A DNA stretch of 64,000 nt from Octopus vulgaris. Its lineage: Eukaryota. This document shows, piece after piece, positions 51,948 through 64,000 of this stretch (the stretch's first letter is position 1; every line of letters starts with the position of its first letter). Both the position numbers and the translations under genes were made by a program. The stretch covers positions 173,786,001 to 173,850,000 of the forward strand of contig OX597814.1 of the NCBI GenBank assembly GCA_951406725.2, read 5' to 3'. The notes under the pieces were generated by a model, which had not been told where the DNA came from, made no database searches, and worked only from the letters and a program-made list of their open reading frames with translations.

Positions 51948-52892
51948 ATATTGAGTCATATATTATAATTTTGACTAAATCTTGTACATTTTCAGTGTCT
52001 CCTATACAGCTGCAGAAGGCATGTTTCTTTTTCTAATTTTGTTTTTATAGGAAGGATGTGCCTATGACCTTCATAGAACCTTCAAGACTAGTGTGATTGA
52101 TGTAGTTTATGTTTAGCTTGTTACATCTGTAAATCAACACCCACAAACAATATGGTTGGGTATGGAATTCCAGAAGATTGATATTTCTGAAGAGAAATTG
52201 TTGGGTGACACACACACTAGTTGGCATTGTATATTTCATTTCCTTTTATTGATAGACTTTAAAATACCATTATTTCTTCTTCTGAAGATTATCCTTTTGT
52301 TTAAATATATCTATAAATTGTTTTTTTTTTGGGAGGGGGGGGGTAGTTGTCCTTGCTTGAATGGGGCTTTTAACACATGTAAAATACAGCATTTCTTTGC
52401 TTGAAAACCAATTTTTCTGGATTACTGTTGAAAATTTTCAAATTCTTCTCCAGCCCTGAAACAAGATTTATTTAAACTTGGCACTGAATGCGCTTAAACA
52501 TGTAGAGAATAGTCAGTTTTTAGAATAATGAACAAAGTTATTGCCTCTATCAATTTCTGTTTCGTAATATCAGCATTGCTCAATAGCTCACTATTTTAGC
52601 TTCATGGTTCTGTTTTAATGTTTATTTTTGATAATATGCCAAAAGAAGACACGAGTCGAATAACATGTAGCTTCATAGAATAGACATATCAAGAAAGGTG
52701 AAATGGAAGCAAAATGAATGGATGTTTCACAGCTTGAAAATATTTCTGAACATTTTACCTCTTCTATTTTCTGTTTGTGAATTTTATTTGTGTTCTATTG
52801 ATAGCTTTAAAAATAACAAAAATAGTTTTGTCTAAACATTCTTCTTTTGTTTGAATAGCCTGCTCTCCCCGCTCTTCTTTTCTTTTCTCCCC

Positions 52893-52936
<44 letters not shown>

Positions 52937-55017
52937 TCATTTATTTCAAACATAAATCGTCATCAGCAGTTTCCATACTGGCATGGGTTTGATGGATCAT
53001 CACAACTTATATCAGTTCTAATTTGGAATTACTACTGTCCTAGAGGATTAGAAGACCACGTCACACTCTTATTTCATTTTGTTTTTTTTTTGCATAGTTT
53101 CAATGACCAGATAGCCATCCTATCACTAATTACTTTATAAAATGCTACCCAGTGAAATGTAATAGTGTCTTAGGAAAGGTAATTGCTGATACTACTGGAA
53201 ATAATTTCTTTTTTAATTACTTCCCCCAATTTCCTGGTGAGCATTTTACTGTGGCTTCAGTATGGGAGAGGTTGTCATGTCCTTGACAAAACTAAAGGTC
53301 TCTCTCTACTCCACATTGTCTTCATCAGTTTACCATCCACATCACTGGGTGTACTAAGTGAATTTTATCATAGCACCAGCTCTAGAGTGGTTGCCTTATC
53401 CTCAGAATAAAAATCCTCTCTACTCTGTATCATCTCTATTTGTTTAACCATTTAGTATTTAAACCAGCCATATCCAACCCAAATATTCTACCTATTTTAT
53501 GTTTTAACCAGCCAGATCTGACCTCTCACACCTACTCTGCAATGTCATTCTAAAAATAAACAATAACATTGTCAAATTTTGAAGCAACAAGATAATGCCT
53601 GATTAATTTAAGACAGTATGAATAAATAAGCATTACATTTAACAGAGTAATATGAATGCTAACGGGTTATGGCAACATGACCAAGTGGGTGAATTGAAAA
53701 GTGAGTGAAAGATAAAGAGAGATTATGATGGGGAGAAACAAAGAGATAAGTACAAACGAATGATAAAGGTAGTAATGGAAGAGAGACATTGATTGGCAGC
53801 TATATTGTTAGTGCTGATAAAGAAATTGAATAAGCAAGAGTGACATATTAGTGGAAGAAAGAATGACATGAAGAAAACAGGCTGGGGGTAGAAGAGGAAA
53901 TAATGGGGATGAGGGAAATTGATTTATGTCAACAAGGGGTGACAGAGAGAGCATTGCGAGAGAGAAAATGGATAGCAATGAAGAAGGGTGATGTTAATTG
54001 GGTTGAGGTAAGGAGAGAGAGAGCACTAAAGATGGGTAATAAGTATTGGTAATAAAGATTAGTGATGGTGAGAGAGAGAGGGGGGAGCTAATGTATGACA
54101 GTAATAAAGATGAATGAGAGAGAATGTCAGGTAGTAATAAAAATGGGTAATGATAAGAGATTAAAAAGTCAATTAGTAGTAACGAAATTTAAAAACAAAA
54201 GAAAACAATATTGGTCTGTGACCAATACTGTTTTCATTTTTCCAATAAATCATCAACATCATTTAGCGCCCATTGTCCATGCTGGCATGGGTTGGATGGT
54301 TTGACCAAGGTTGGAAAGCTGGAAGGTTGCACCAGACCCCAGTCTGATTTGGCATGGTTTCTATTGTTGGATGTCCTTCCTAATGCCAACCACTCTGAGA
54401 GTATATTGAGTGCTTTTATATACCACCAGCATGGGTGCCATTTGCATGACTTTGGTATCTGCCACGACTGTGATTTTACTTCGCTTGATGGGTCTTCTCA
54501 AGCATGACATAATGCCAAAGGTCTTGGTCATTGCCTCCATGAGATCCAACAACTCTGAGTATATTTCTGTTATTTTTCTAACTTCAGCAGCATATAGCCT
54601 TTGTTGTATTTGATGTATTAGTAATTAAACCAGCTAGTATTTATGCAAGATTGTACATTGGTTGCCATAGAAAAATAGAAATGTTTAGAAATGAAATAAT
54701 TTGAACATGTCATCCACATGAAAGACTATAAGTAGTCTTAGTCTATATAACATACTTAACATGTGTGTTGTTGAAAAACTAGAAACTGCTATTTTTCATT
54801 CAGGAAAAGTACCTTTCTAGATATATTGTATTAAAAAAAAAAGCAATCTACTTCAGGACTAGGCAAAACAAAATTGCCTCCAGGAGCAACCATAGACCAG
54901 CAGATAAGTATTTTGCTGTAGTTCTGGCTAGTCATTCTTATCATTTCTGAAACAAGATCAAATCAGCCAGTCTAAAATATATAGAAATAGTGTATTAGAT
55001 ATACATTATATCTAGAG

Positions 55018-55307
55018 CAGGCCTGGCCAACTCAAATTACATTGCAGGCCCTTTAATCACAGAAAGTTTTTTGGGAGCCACTTGTATACTGACAGAATTG
55101 AAGACATTTTGCTTTCTCATGCTATTATTACAATAATGAATGAATGATCATTGATTCAACATGAAATATTATCTTTGCAAAAACAGTAGTAGCTTTCTTT
55201 TTTACTTGCCATTACAATCTTTAATTTTTTATAAAATTTTTTAAATGTTTGTTTTAAAAAACCCATTTCAGGAAAGTATCAAGTAGGCCTCAGGTTGGCC
55301 AGCCCTG
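55018..55307. mobile_element. hAT-type MITE
   Basis: caggcctggccaac ... gttggccagccctg, flanked by ctag-centred 8-mers. Confidence 0.7.
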
Positions 55308-56675
55308 CCCTAGGGTATAGAGCTGCTTCTATTGCATAATTTGAGTTAAGCTAGTGTTTGCATACTTTGTGTGTGGAGCGTTAACAAAATTAATTAGAAA
55401 TAAATCTACAGTGAGAAAAAAAATATTAGTCAATGACTGCTAATAAGTCTTTCTACTTATAGGCATGAGACCTGAAGTTTTTTGGGAATAGTCAAGTCAG
55501 TTACTTCGACCCCAGTGCTCAGCTGGTACTTATTTAATCAATTCTGAAAGGATGAAAGGCAAAGTCAACATCATCATCATCATCATCATCATTGTTTAAT
55601 GTCCGCTTTCCATGCTAGCATGGGTTGGATGATTTGACTGAGGTCTGGCGAACCAGATGGCTGCACCAGACTCCAATCTGATCTGGCAGAGTTTCTACAG
55701 CTTGATGCCCTTTCTAATGCCAACCACTCTGAGAGAGTAGTGGGTGCTTTACGTGCCACCGGCATGAGAGCCAGTTAGGCGGTACTGGCAACAGCCACGT
55801 TCAAATAGTGCTTTTTATGTGCCACTTGGTGGAATTTGTAAATTCCACTAGAACGTAAAACTGGAAGAAATGCAGCTGAAAATTTTGTCCTGTGCAGTAA
55901 CCATTTTGCCGGCTTGCCACCTTAACTCATTGACTAATAATAATAGTTTCATTTTTATATATTTCAGAGGTATACACTGAAACCTAAATTGTAAATGACA
56001 TACAGTGAATTTAGTGTCAACTTATTAAATGCAATCAGTCTAAAAAATCTGATTAAGTATACTTATGCATCAAAATCACATGGTCTTGAGTTTGATCCCT
56101 CTGTGTGGTCATCTTGAGCAAGTGTCTTCTTGTATAGCTTCAGATTAACCAATACCTTGGTGTAATTCGGTAGATAAACTGTATTGATGCTTGTTGAGTG
56201 TGTGTGTGTGAAAGAGAGAGAGAGGGAGGGAGATAGTATTTGTCTCTGTGTGTCTCCATACTGATACTACTTGTGCAGTGGTAAGGTCTTTGTTTTTTAA
56301 TGTTCCATATGTTTAGTATCTTAGTTTCAATGTGAAAAGATCAATGAAATACTATACTTTACTTGAAAAAGAAAACCAAAAATGCACAAGTACAGGTTGG
56401 TATCAGGATGTTCATCCAATGATAGAATACTGCCTCGAGATTCTTGCTCAACTCATGCCAATGTGAATGTAAAACAACAAAATTATGCTGTAAGGAAAAG
56501 AAAACATTGGCTTGTGACTGATATATTCTAATTATTCCAACAAGTATGGGAGACAATTCAAGACCGGTATCAGTCTTATAAGACCTCATCAACAAAGTAT
56601 AAACTTCACTGTACTTGCAGAAGTAATACTAAGAGAATCATTAAATTTTTTAAACTAAAGTAGAGGTGGAAATAA

Positions 56676-56709
<34 letters not shown>

Positions 56710-56710
<1 letters not shown>

Positions 56711-57257
56711 CATGAGAAGACCCGGCAGGACAAGTGAGATCATGGCCTCTACACGGGATGTAGCCAGTCCACTTATGCATACCTTTCCTTCTTGGGACAC
56801 AAAACTCTACTTGTGAAGACCTGCTGAGGCAAGTGAAAATCGAAATCAATCAAATCAATGGAAATTGCAGCTGTGATACCAGTGCCGGTGGTACGTAAGA
56901 GAACCATCCGAACGTGGACGTTGCCAACGCTGCCCCAACTGGCCTCATGCTAGTGGCACGTAAAAAGCACCACCCGACCGTGGCCATTGCCAGCCTCGCC
57001 TGGCCCCCGTGCCGGTGTCACGTAAAAAGCACCATCCGATCGTGGCCATTTGCCAGCCTCATCTGGCACCTGTGCCGGTGGCACGTAAAAAGCACCCACT
57101 ACACTCATGGAGTGGTTGGCGTTAGGAAGGGCATCCAGCCATAGAAACATTGCCAGATCAGACTGGGCCTGGTGCAGCCTTCTGGCTTCCCAGACCCCAG
57201 TTGAACCGTCCAACCCATGCTAGCACGGAAAGCGGATGCTAAACGATGATGATGATG
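56710..57257 (+). mobile_element. SINE family R, long copy
   Basis: Tandem gcacgtaaaaagcacc units, family core, (atg)n tail; other copies at 54250, 55569, 58453, 60768 and 61700. Confidence 0.85.
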
Positions 57258-60200
57258 AAGGAACTTTCTCAGACACTGTCTGCACAGAAAACAACAGTGA
57301 AATGAATATCAACATATTTCATGTAAAAGAATATTAAAAAATCTCTTTTTTTTGTTTCTCACCACATTAAATATGTTACAACATACTTAAACTATTGTTT
57401 TTTCTTGCAAATGACAACTTTAAGTAATTTCTTTCAGTGTTTATTTGTATTTCTTAGCAGCTTTTCCAATGAAATTTCCTGCTCCAGACATTAGTTTTTA
57501 CTTTGCACAGTATATCGTAATAACCTTCTGTTTGTGTCTCTTTCTTATCTGATTCATGTAAATCACAAGCCACTTCTAGTGACTGTGTTATAACTATTTA
57601 TGTTTTTTGATCATAAATAACATTTCAATATGTCTTCACAGTCTAAAAATCAGTATTATTGTTGTGACTCATCACACTACTGTTATCACACCCCAAAAAA
57701 ATAAAAGATTCTGAAAAAGATTATGTCCCCGCTCACCCTAAAAAGCAGAAGTGCAATTGTTTTTTCATCTAAAAATAGAATGTAAATATAATAATAATAA
57801 CAATAATAATAATAATAATAATAATAATAAAGCTATTACAAAAGGTTTGCCTCCTTGGCACAGCCAGAATAGTCAGGAAAGTATTAGATAGTCGAAAAGG
57901 ATAGCTAGTATTATACTGTAGGCTGCAGGTAACCAGCCCACTATGCATGTAAGACTCCAGGAGTTCCAACAAAACCTGAATTATAAAGAATAATAATGAT
58001 AATAATGATAATGATTTCTAACACATGTACAAGGCCACAAATTTTAGAAGAGGTGGGAAGGAGTTGATTATACAACCTCTCCTTACTTGAGTGGTACTTA
58101 TTTTATTTACTACAAAAGGATTAAATCAGAGTTGCCTTCAGCAGGATTTGAATTCAGAATATAAATGAGCATAACTAAATGTGACAAGACATTGTGTCTA
58201 CTTTATCACTTATTCTGTAGTCTTTGCCGCCTTTATAATATTGTAAACACGGTCCAACAGCTAAGCTGTCAAAGTGCTGGATTGCTAACTATACATAATT
58301 TAGCAAAAACTCTGTTTGTCTCAGTCTCTCTGACTAACAAATAGGTTCCATCTAACATGAATCTAAATGCTTCCTGAGCGTTGGAATGCTTCTAAGTCTT
58401 TTGTGATGATATTTCTAATGAATACACTGTCCATTGTGTACAATCCGTCCTATCATCATCATTATTGTTTAACATTCGTTTTCTAAGCTAGCATGGGTTG
58501 GACGATTTGACTGAGGGCTGGCACACCAGATGGCTGCACCAGGCTCCAATCTTGATCTGGTAGAGTTTCTACAGCTGGATGCCCTTCCTAACGCCAACCA
58601 CTCCAAGAGTGTAGTGGGTGCTTTTATGTGCCACCGGCACGGAGATCAGTCAGGCGGTACTGGCAATGACTTCACTCAAATCTTTTACACATGCCACCGG
58701 CACAGGTGCCAGTAAGGCGATGCTGGTAACGATCACGCTCGAATGGTGCCTTTTACATGACACCGGCACGGAAGCCAGTTAGCTGCTCTCTGTCTAATAT
58801 GCGGACAGTATAATTAAATATAACAGTAGACTATTTTCCATATAGACTATGGACTCGACTCATAAGGCCAATGTTTTATGTTCATAATTCAGTGTTTTCA
58901 TTAATTTTATTTATGATTATAGTCCAAAATGGTTGGTGCTTGTCTGTGGGATCTTTAGCACTAGGTACATAGGAGACAAATCTCTTAATGGATAAGATGC
59001 TTGTCTATTACATTTGACTTTCATAAAAATATTCAGTGTACATTTTACAGATAAGTAAACTTATAGATATAAGTTGAAGGCCTTATCTTACATTTTGTGG
59101 AGAAGAGGAAATAGGATACAACAATGCTTATTCCAAGTGTATTAAAAGTTTATGTGAAGTGCATTCACTCCAATCAAGGATTGAATTCTTATTACAGTTT
59201 CACCTAAGTATTTAATATTAAGTGATTTGTTCATAAATGTAACAAAGCTCTTGCAGTAGTTTAAACTTATAGCCCATAAGCTTGAAGTTTGTTATTTAAA
59301 AATATGATAGATTTCCACTTCTACATCCTGATGTTAAACTCTGCCAGATTTGAATTTTCATTTCAATAGAGTTAATAAAATAGCTACCAGTGATATAGTA
59401 ATGTAGTTGACTAGATGTCTTCCCTATAAATTTGTGTCCTGCTGCCAAAGTGTTAAGTCACTATTGTAGTTGTTGTTATTTGATCAGTCAGACATGATCA
59501 AAAGATTTCCAGTGATAGGACACTATAATGCTCATGTCTCTTCCAAGAGCATTAATTGTTTATATGAAGGGTAATTACTTCAACCAGGGATTGATTCCAA
59601 GTTACAGTATTTTGCTCTTAAATATGAGATTCTATAGATTGAAGATTATCTAAAGACATTCATGTCATAGAACTAACAATAGACAATGGTAAAGTTCAGT
59701 AGTGATCATTATATTTAGTTACATAACTTCATATTCAATGGTAGAATCCTGCTAAAGTTGATCATATTTTTTTTGGAATCAATAAAATGAATACTAGTCA
59801 AATATCGGAGTTGACTAAATCAACTACGCTCCAGTCACAAAATGTGTAGCTTTTAAGTTGTGAATGATTATATGGAGTGCAGTCTGGTAATCTGAGCATG
59901 TGGCATATAGTTGTCTATCATTTCTGTTTATTTGATGAACTATAATTTTGGTTTAGACTGCAGCCAAGGGAAAGCAAGTTGAACTCATATCAATTGATAG
60001 CAGATTGAATTCCTTGAGGGCATATTTTCATGATAATTCATATTACAGCTGTTATAGGCGTGTATGTTTGTGTGTATTTTGTGTCTTTTAAGGTGAGTTG
60101 AATTTAAGAGCATGAAAGAGAAAATGATTCTCAGATGATATCACAGTCATATCACTGGTATATTGTAAGAGTGCATTTAAACAGTTTCAGATGGTCGGGT

Positions 60201-61606
60201 GCATGGATGTACAAGCTGTAACAAGCTGCTGTTAGGAATTGTGTTTAAATAAACCAGTTGCTATTATTGTTGATTGAGTGTTGTTATCATTGTTGCTGTT
60301 GTCATGGCAGTGCAACTCTGGTCAGTCCTGATTAAGCAAAACTATGTCATATAAGTAATTAAGGTGAATGACCGAATACAGTTCACAGCTTTATTATTCC
60401 AGTGCTTTTGTTAATGAAAGGGATTGCATGGATTGGAGCACACTGCAACTAAAACTGTCCCATTCATATTTCTCAGTGGTCTTTCAGAGGTATTTTTGTT
60501 ATCTTGTATATATGATTTGAATGCAGCATTTGATGATGTGAACCATGCTATTTTGTGTCCTTTATTGTTTGTTGTTGAGAGATTGTGGTCTAAGTACAGA
60601 TGGCATTTTCCATGCATAATCTAATGCCGTTATTTCTTTCAGAATTGGTAACAATACATGTTGAAGCTGTATGGTGTGTGCATGTGTGTGAGTTCAAATG
60701 TATCTTATGTCTAATGGGATCAGATGAGAGAAAAAATCTTTCATTTGTTAAACCATAGATCTGCTCTCATCATCATCATCATCATCGTTTAACGTCCGTT
60801 CTCCATGCTAGCATGGGTTGGACGGTTCGACCGGGGATCTGGGAAGCCAGAAGGCTGCACCAGGCTCCAGTCTTATCTGACAATGTTTCTACAGCTGGAT
60901 GCCCTTCCTAACGCCAACCACTCCGTGAGTACTTGATCTTAACTATGATCAAAGATATGTCGACCATGATAAACCAGTCTTTTTCTTAGGTGCATTGCAA
61001 CATGCCATTCTTTTCAAAGACTGTAAGCTAAAGAAAATATTCCCACTATTTCAGGTCAAGCAACCTATTTCTTTACTACCCACAAGGGGCTAAACACAGA
61101 GGGGACAAACGGATTAAGTCGATTACATCGACCTCAGTGCGTAACTGGTACTTAATTTATCGACCCTGAAAGGATGAAAGGCAAAGTCGACCTCAGTGGA
61201 ATTTGAACTCAGATGAAATACGGCTAAACATTTCTGCCAGCTCGCCGCCTTAAGGTCAAGCAACCATGCAGAGGCTCCTTTATTTGATCATTATTGAGGT
61301 TGTTGGGATTGTAATATCTTATTAGCGTTGTGTTTCTTAACTGCCATCCAAAAACTCATGGTGAAACAGTTCAACAGAAGTACCAAATCTAATCACTACA
61401 GTTTTTAATGATTCTACTCCATACCAGTTGCAGTAAGTGAAGTACTTTAGTGAACTTCACCAATAAATTATTTCTCATCTTTAAAGTGAATCAGTATAAT
61501 TACTTATTGATTAAATATATTTTTTTTTTGTTTGAAAAGTATAAAAACAATTTGCTTTAAAATCTATTGCTGTGCTTTGTATATTATTTATTGAAAATCT
61601 TTAACT

Positions 61607-61678
<72 letters not shown>

Positions 61679-61922
61679 CTACCCCGGTATCAGGTCAATG
61701 GCACCCATGCTGGTGGCACATAAAAAGTACCCACTACACTCTCGGAGTCATTGGCAATAGGAAGAACATCCAGCTGTAAAAACCATGCCAAACCAGATTG
61801 GACCCTGGTGCAGCCCCCCCCTCCTCCTAACCCCGCTTACTATCCCACCCCCCCCACTTACCAGTTTTCAGTCAAACCATTCAACCAATGCCAGCATGGA
61901 AAGCAGATGTTGAACAATGATG

Positions 61923-61955
<33 letters not shown>

Positions 61956-62231
61956 TTTCAGCATCATTTACATAACGGAATTGTTCAGAGATGAAAAAAT
62001 TTCAATGAAATCTTCCAATATTATCAAAATGTTATACTGTAATATGTTTAGATGATATATATTGTAAAATGAAATACATTGTAGTCATTACATATCTATT
62101 CACCTAGATATTTATGCATCTAACTATATTCTTATGGATTTCATTCCTGCTGTTTATTTCATCAATCTTTATTTGGTGAAACACAAATTATGTTTTCTTT
62201 TTTTACATAATACTTGTATTATATGTATATG

Positions 62232-62525
62232 TGAAGGTGCAAGGCTCAGTGGTTAGAGCATCAGGTTCACAATCATGAGGTAGTGAGTTCAATTCTTGGA
62301 CCAGGCTGTGTGTTGTGTTCTTGAGCAAGACACTTTATTTCACGTTACTCCAGCTCATTCAGCTGTAGAAGTGAGTTGCAGCATCACTGGTGCCAAGCTC
62401 TATTGGTATTTGCGTTTCCCTTGGGTAACATCAGTGGCATAGAGAGGAGTGGCTGATATGCATGTTGGTCTTCCATAAACAACCTTGCCTGGACTTGTGC
62501 CTTGGAGAGGAACTTTCTAAGTGCA
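62232..62525 (+). mobile_element. tRNA-derived SINE family A variant
   Basis: gaaggtgcaaggctcagtggttagag...ttgagcaagacac; homolog of 12955-13290. Confidence 0.8.
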
Positions 62526-62783
62526 ATCTCATAGTCATTCATGCCCAAAGGGAATCTTTACCCTTTATTATATAGACGTAAACATGGATGTAGATAAACA
62601 CAGATAGGATGGAATTCCACAGCTCTTGTCCATCAAATTCCATTCAGAAGGTCAATATGGGACTACTATGAAAAGCACTTGTCCAAGGTGCTAAGCAAAA
62701 CCATATGGTTGTGAAGCAAACTCTTAACCATATGGCAATACCTATCATTTTATTTTTTAATTAAAAAAAATTTCTCTTAGAAC

Positions 62784-63278
62784 TGTAAAGGGAACTGGTT
62801 GCTTCTTTACACTTTTGGGGTGCAACTTGGGTGCAACACAATTTCCTTTCCTTTTGTTTCTAGAAACTACCAGTCAGGAACGAAACGCAAGTTTAAAAAT
62901 ATATACAATTCTTTATTCTCTGTTTCATCCACCTAGTTCAACACAGCAAGGCTGAATTCTAACATTTGTAAGCTTCTTACAACAATTCAACAGCAATAGA
63001 ACAGGTTAAATCCTAAGCGTCTGGGACAGGAGAATAAGCTGATCACACGTTTAAAAATACGTCCTTTCTCTTCTATCGCCGTGTCTCAAGTCCCCGATGT
63101 TATTAAGGAACGCGATAGAATTTCTTCTTCAGTCTCTAGCGCATGTGCATGAGGGAACTTCCTTATGCCTTTCCAGAAGGTTCCAACCCCACACACGCAC
63201 ACTGAAGAAGGACGTTCCGCACACGCACACTGAAGAATGACGTTGCGTGTGCGCACACTGGAATATGACGTCACTACA
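62784..63278 (-). mobile_element. Solo LTR
   Basis: TGTA...TACA ends with 4-bp TSD gaac; minus strand starts tgtagtga like the 34776 LTR; internal gcacactgaagaa repeats. Confidence 0.85.
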
Positions 63279-63638
63279 GAACTATGGATCTTAATCTTGA
63301 TAAATTACAAGGCTCACTAAAAAATATATTAGTGAAATTTTTTGTCCCATTCCTTTAGTAATGAGAAAATACAATATCATTTGGTTCTACTTAATTCTTC
63401 TTTTGCTTTTGATGTTGGACAAATTTTAAAACTTTAACCTTTTAGCAGTTAAACCAGCCATATCTGGCCAAAATATTCTACTTATTTTATATTCAAGCTG
63501 GCCAGATGCAGCTTTTCAGTCCTACACTATAATGTCATTACAAAAATGCACACAATGTATGATTAATTCAAAACAATGTGAATAAATAAGCATTACATTT
63601 GACAAAGTAATATGAAAGCTAATGACTTAAAAGCATAT

Positions 63639-64000
63639 TCATCATCATCATCGTTTAACGTCTGCTTTCCATGCTAGCATGTGTTGGACGATTTGACTGA
63701 GATCTGGCGAACCAGATGGCTGCACCATGCTCCAATCTAATCTGGCAGAGCTTCTACAGCTGGATGCCTTTCCTATCGCCAATCACTCTGAGAGTGTAGT
63801 GGGTGCTTTTACGTGCCACCGGCATGAGGGCCAGTCAGGAAGTACTGGCAACAGCCATGCTCAAATGGCGCTTTTTATGTGCCACCTGCACAGGAGCCAG
63901 TCTAGTGGCACTGGCAACGACCTTGCTCGAATGTTTTTTCACGTGCCACCAGCACAAGTGCCAGTAAGGTGAGCAGGTAACAATCACGCTTGAATGGTGT
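63639..64000 (-). mobile_element. SINE family R (runs off window), following a TTAA-type MITE at 63434-63630
   Basis: catcatcatcgtttaacg...cagctggatgcc; homologous to 58453-58790. Confidence 0.85.

Noticed and set aside
56880-57100. CRISPR-like repeat-spacer pattern (gcacgtaaaaagcacc units)
   Set aside because: These are internal tandem repeats of SINE family R with mutually similar spacers, in a eukaryotic context with no cas genes.

Overview
AT-rich, repeat-dense eukaryotic DNA. The SINE families and (TA)n/(CA)n load resemble an octopod cephalopod genome (inference from repeat recognition, not a search). One host gene is securely recognisable and is missing from the ORF track because it is spliced: Pin1/dodo (WW domain + parvulin PPIase) on the minus strand. 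Its coding exons are 10550-10499, 3131-2940 and 35-<1, and the gene continues off the left edge. Almost all other listed ORFs come from SINEs, microsatellites or decayed transposons. Repeats include four SINE families, a 5S-rRNA-headed SINE, RTE/CR1-type and PHD-bearing LINE remnants, mariner and DD37D elements, hAT, piggyBac-type and Merlin-like MITEs, two Helitron-type elements and two solo LTRs. The most notable items are: (TA)n-abutting short elements carrying minimal type-I hammerhead ribozymes; nested long inverted repeats in Pin1 intron 1; the 5S-derived SINE sharing a tRNA-SINE tail; an in-frame hAT/RTE chimeric ORF; and a Ser-to-Cys change in the Pin1 catalytic loop. I cannot support a wholly new multi-gene system from this sequence. 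Repeat boundaries without a quoted TSD are approximate.
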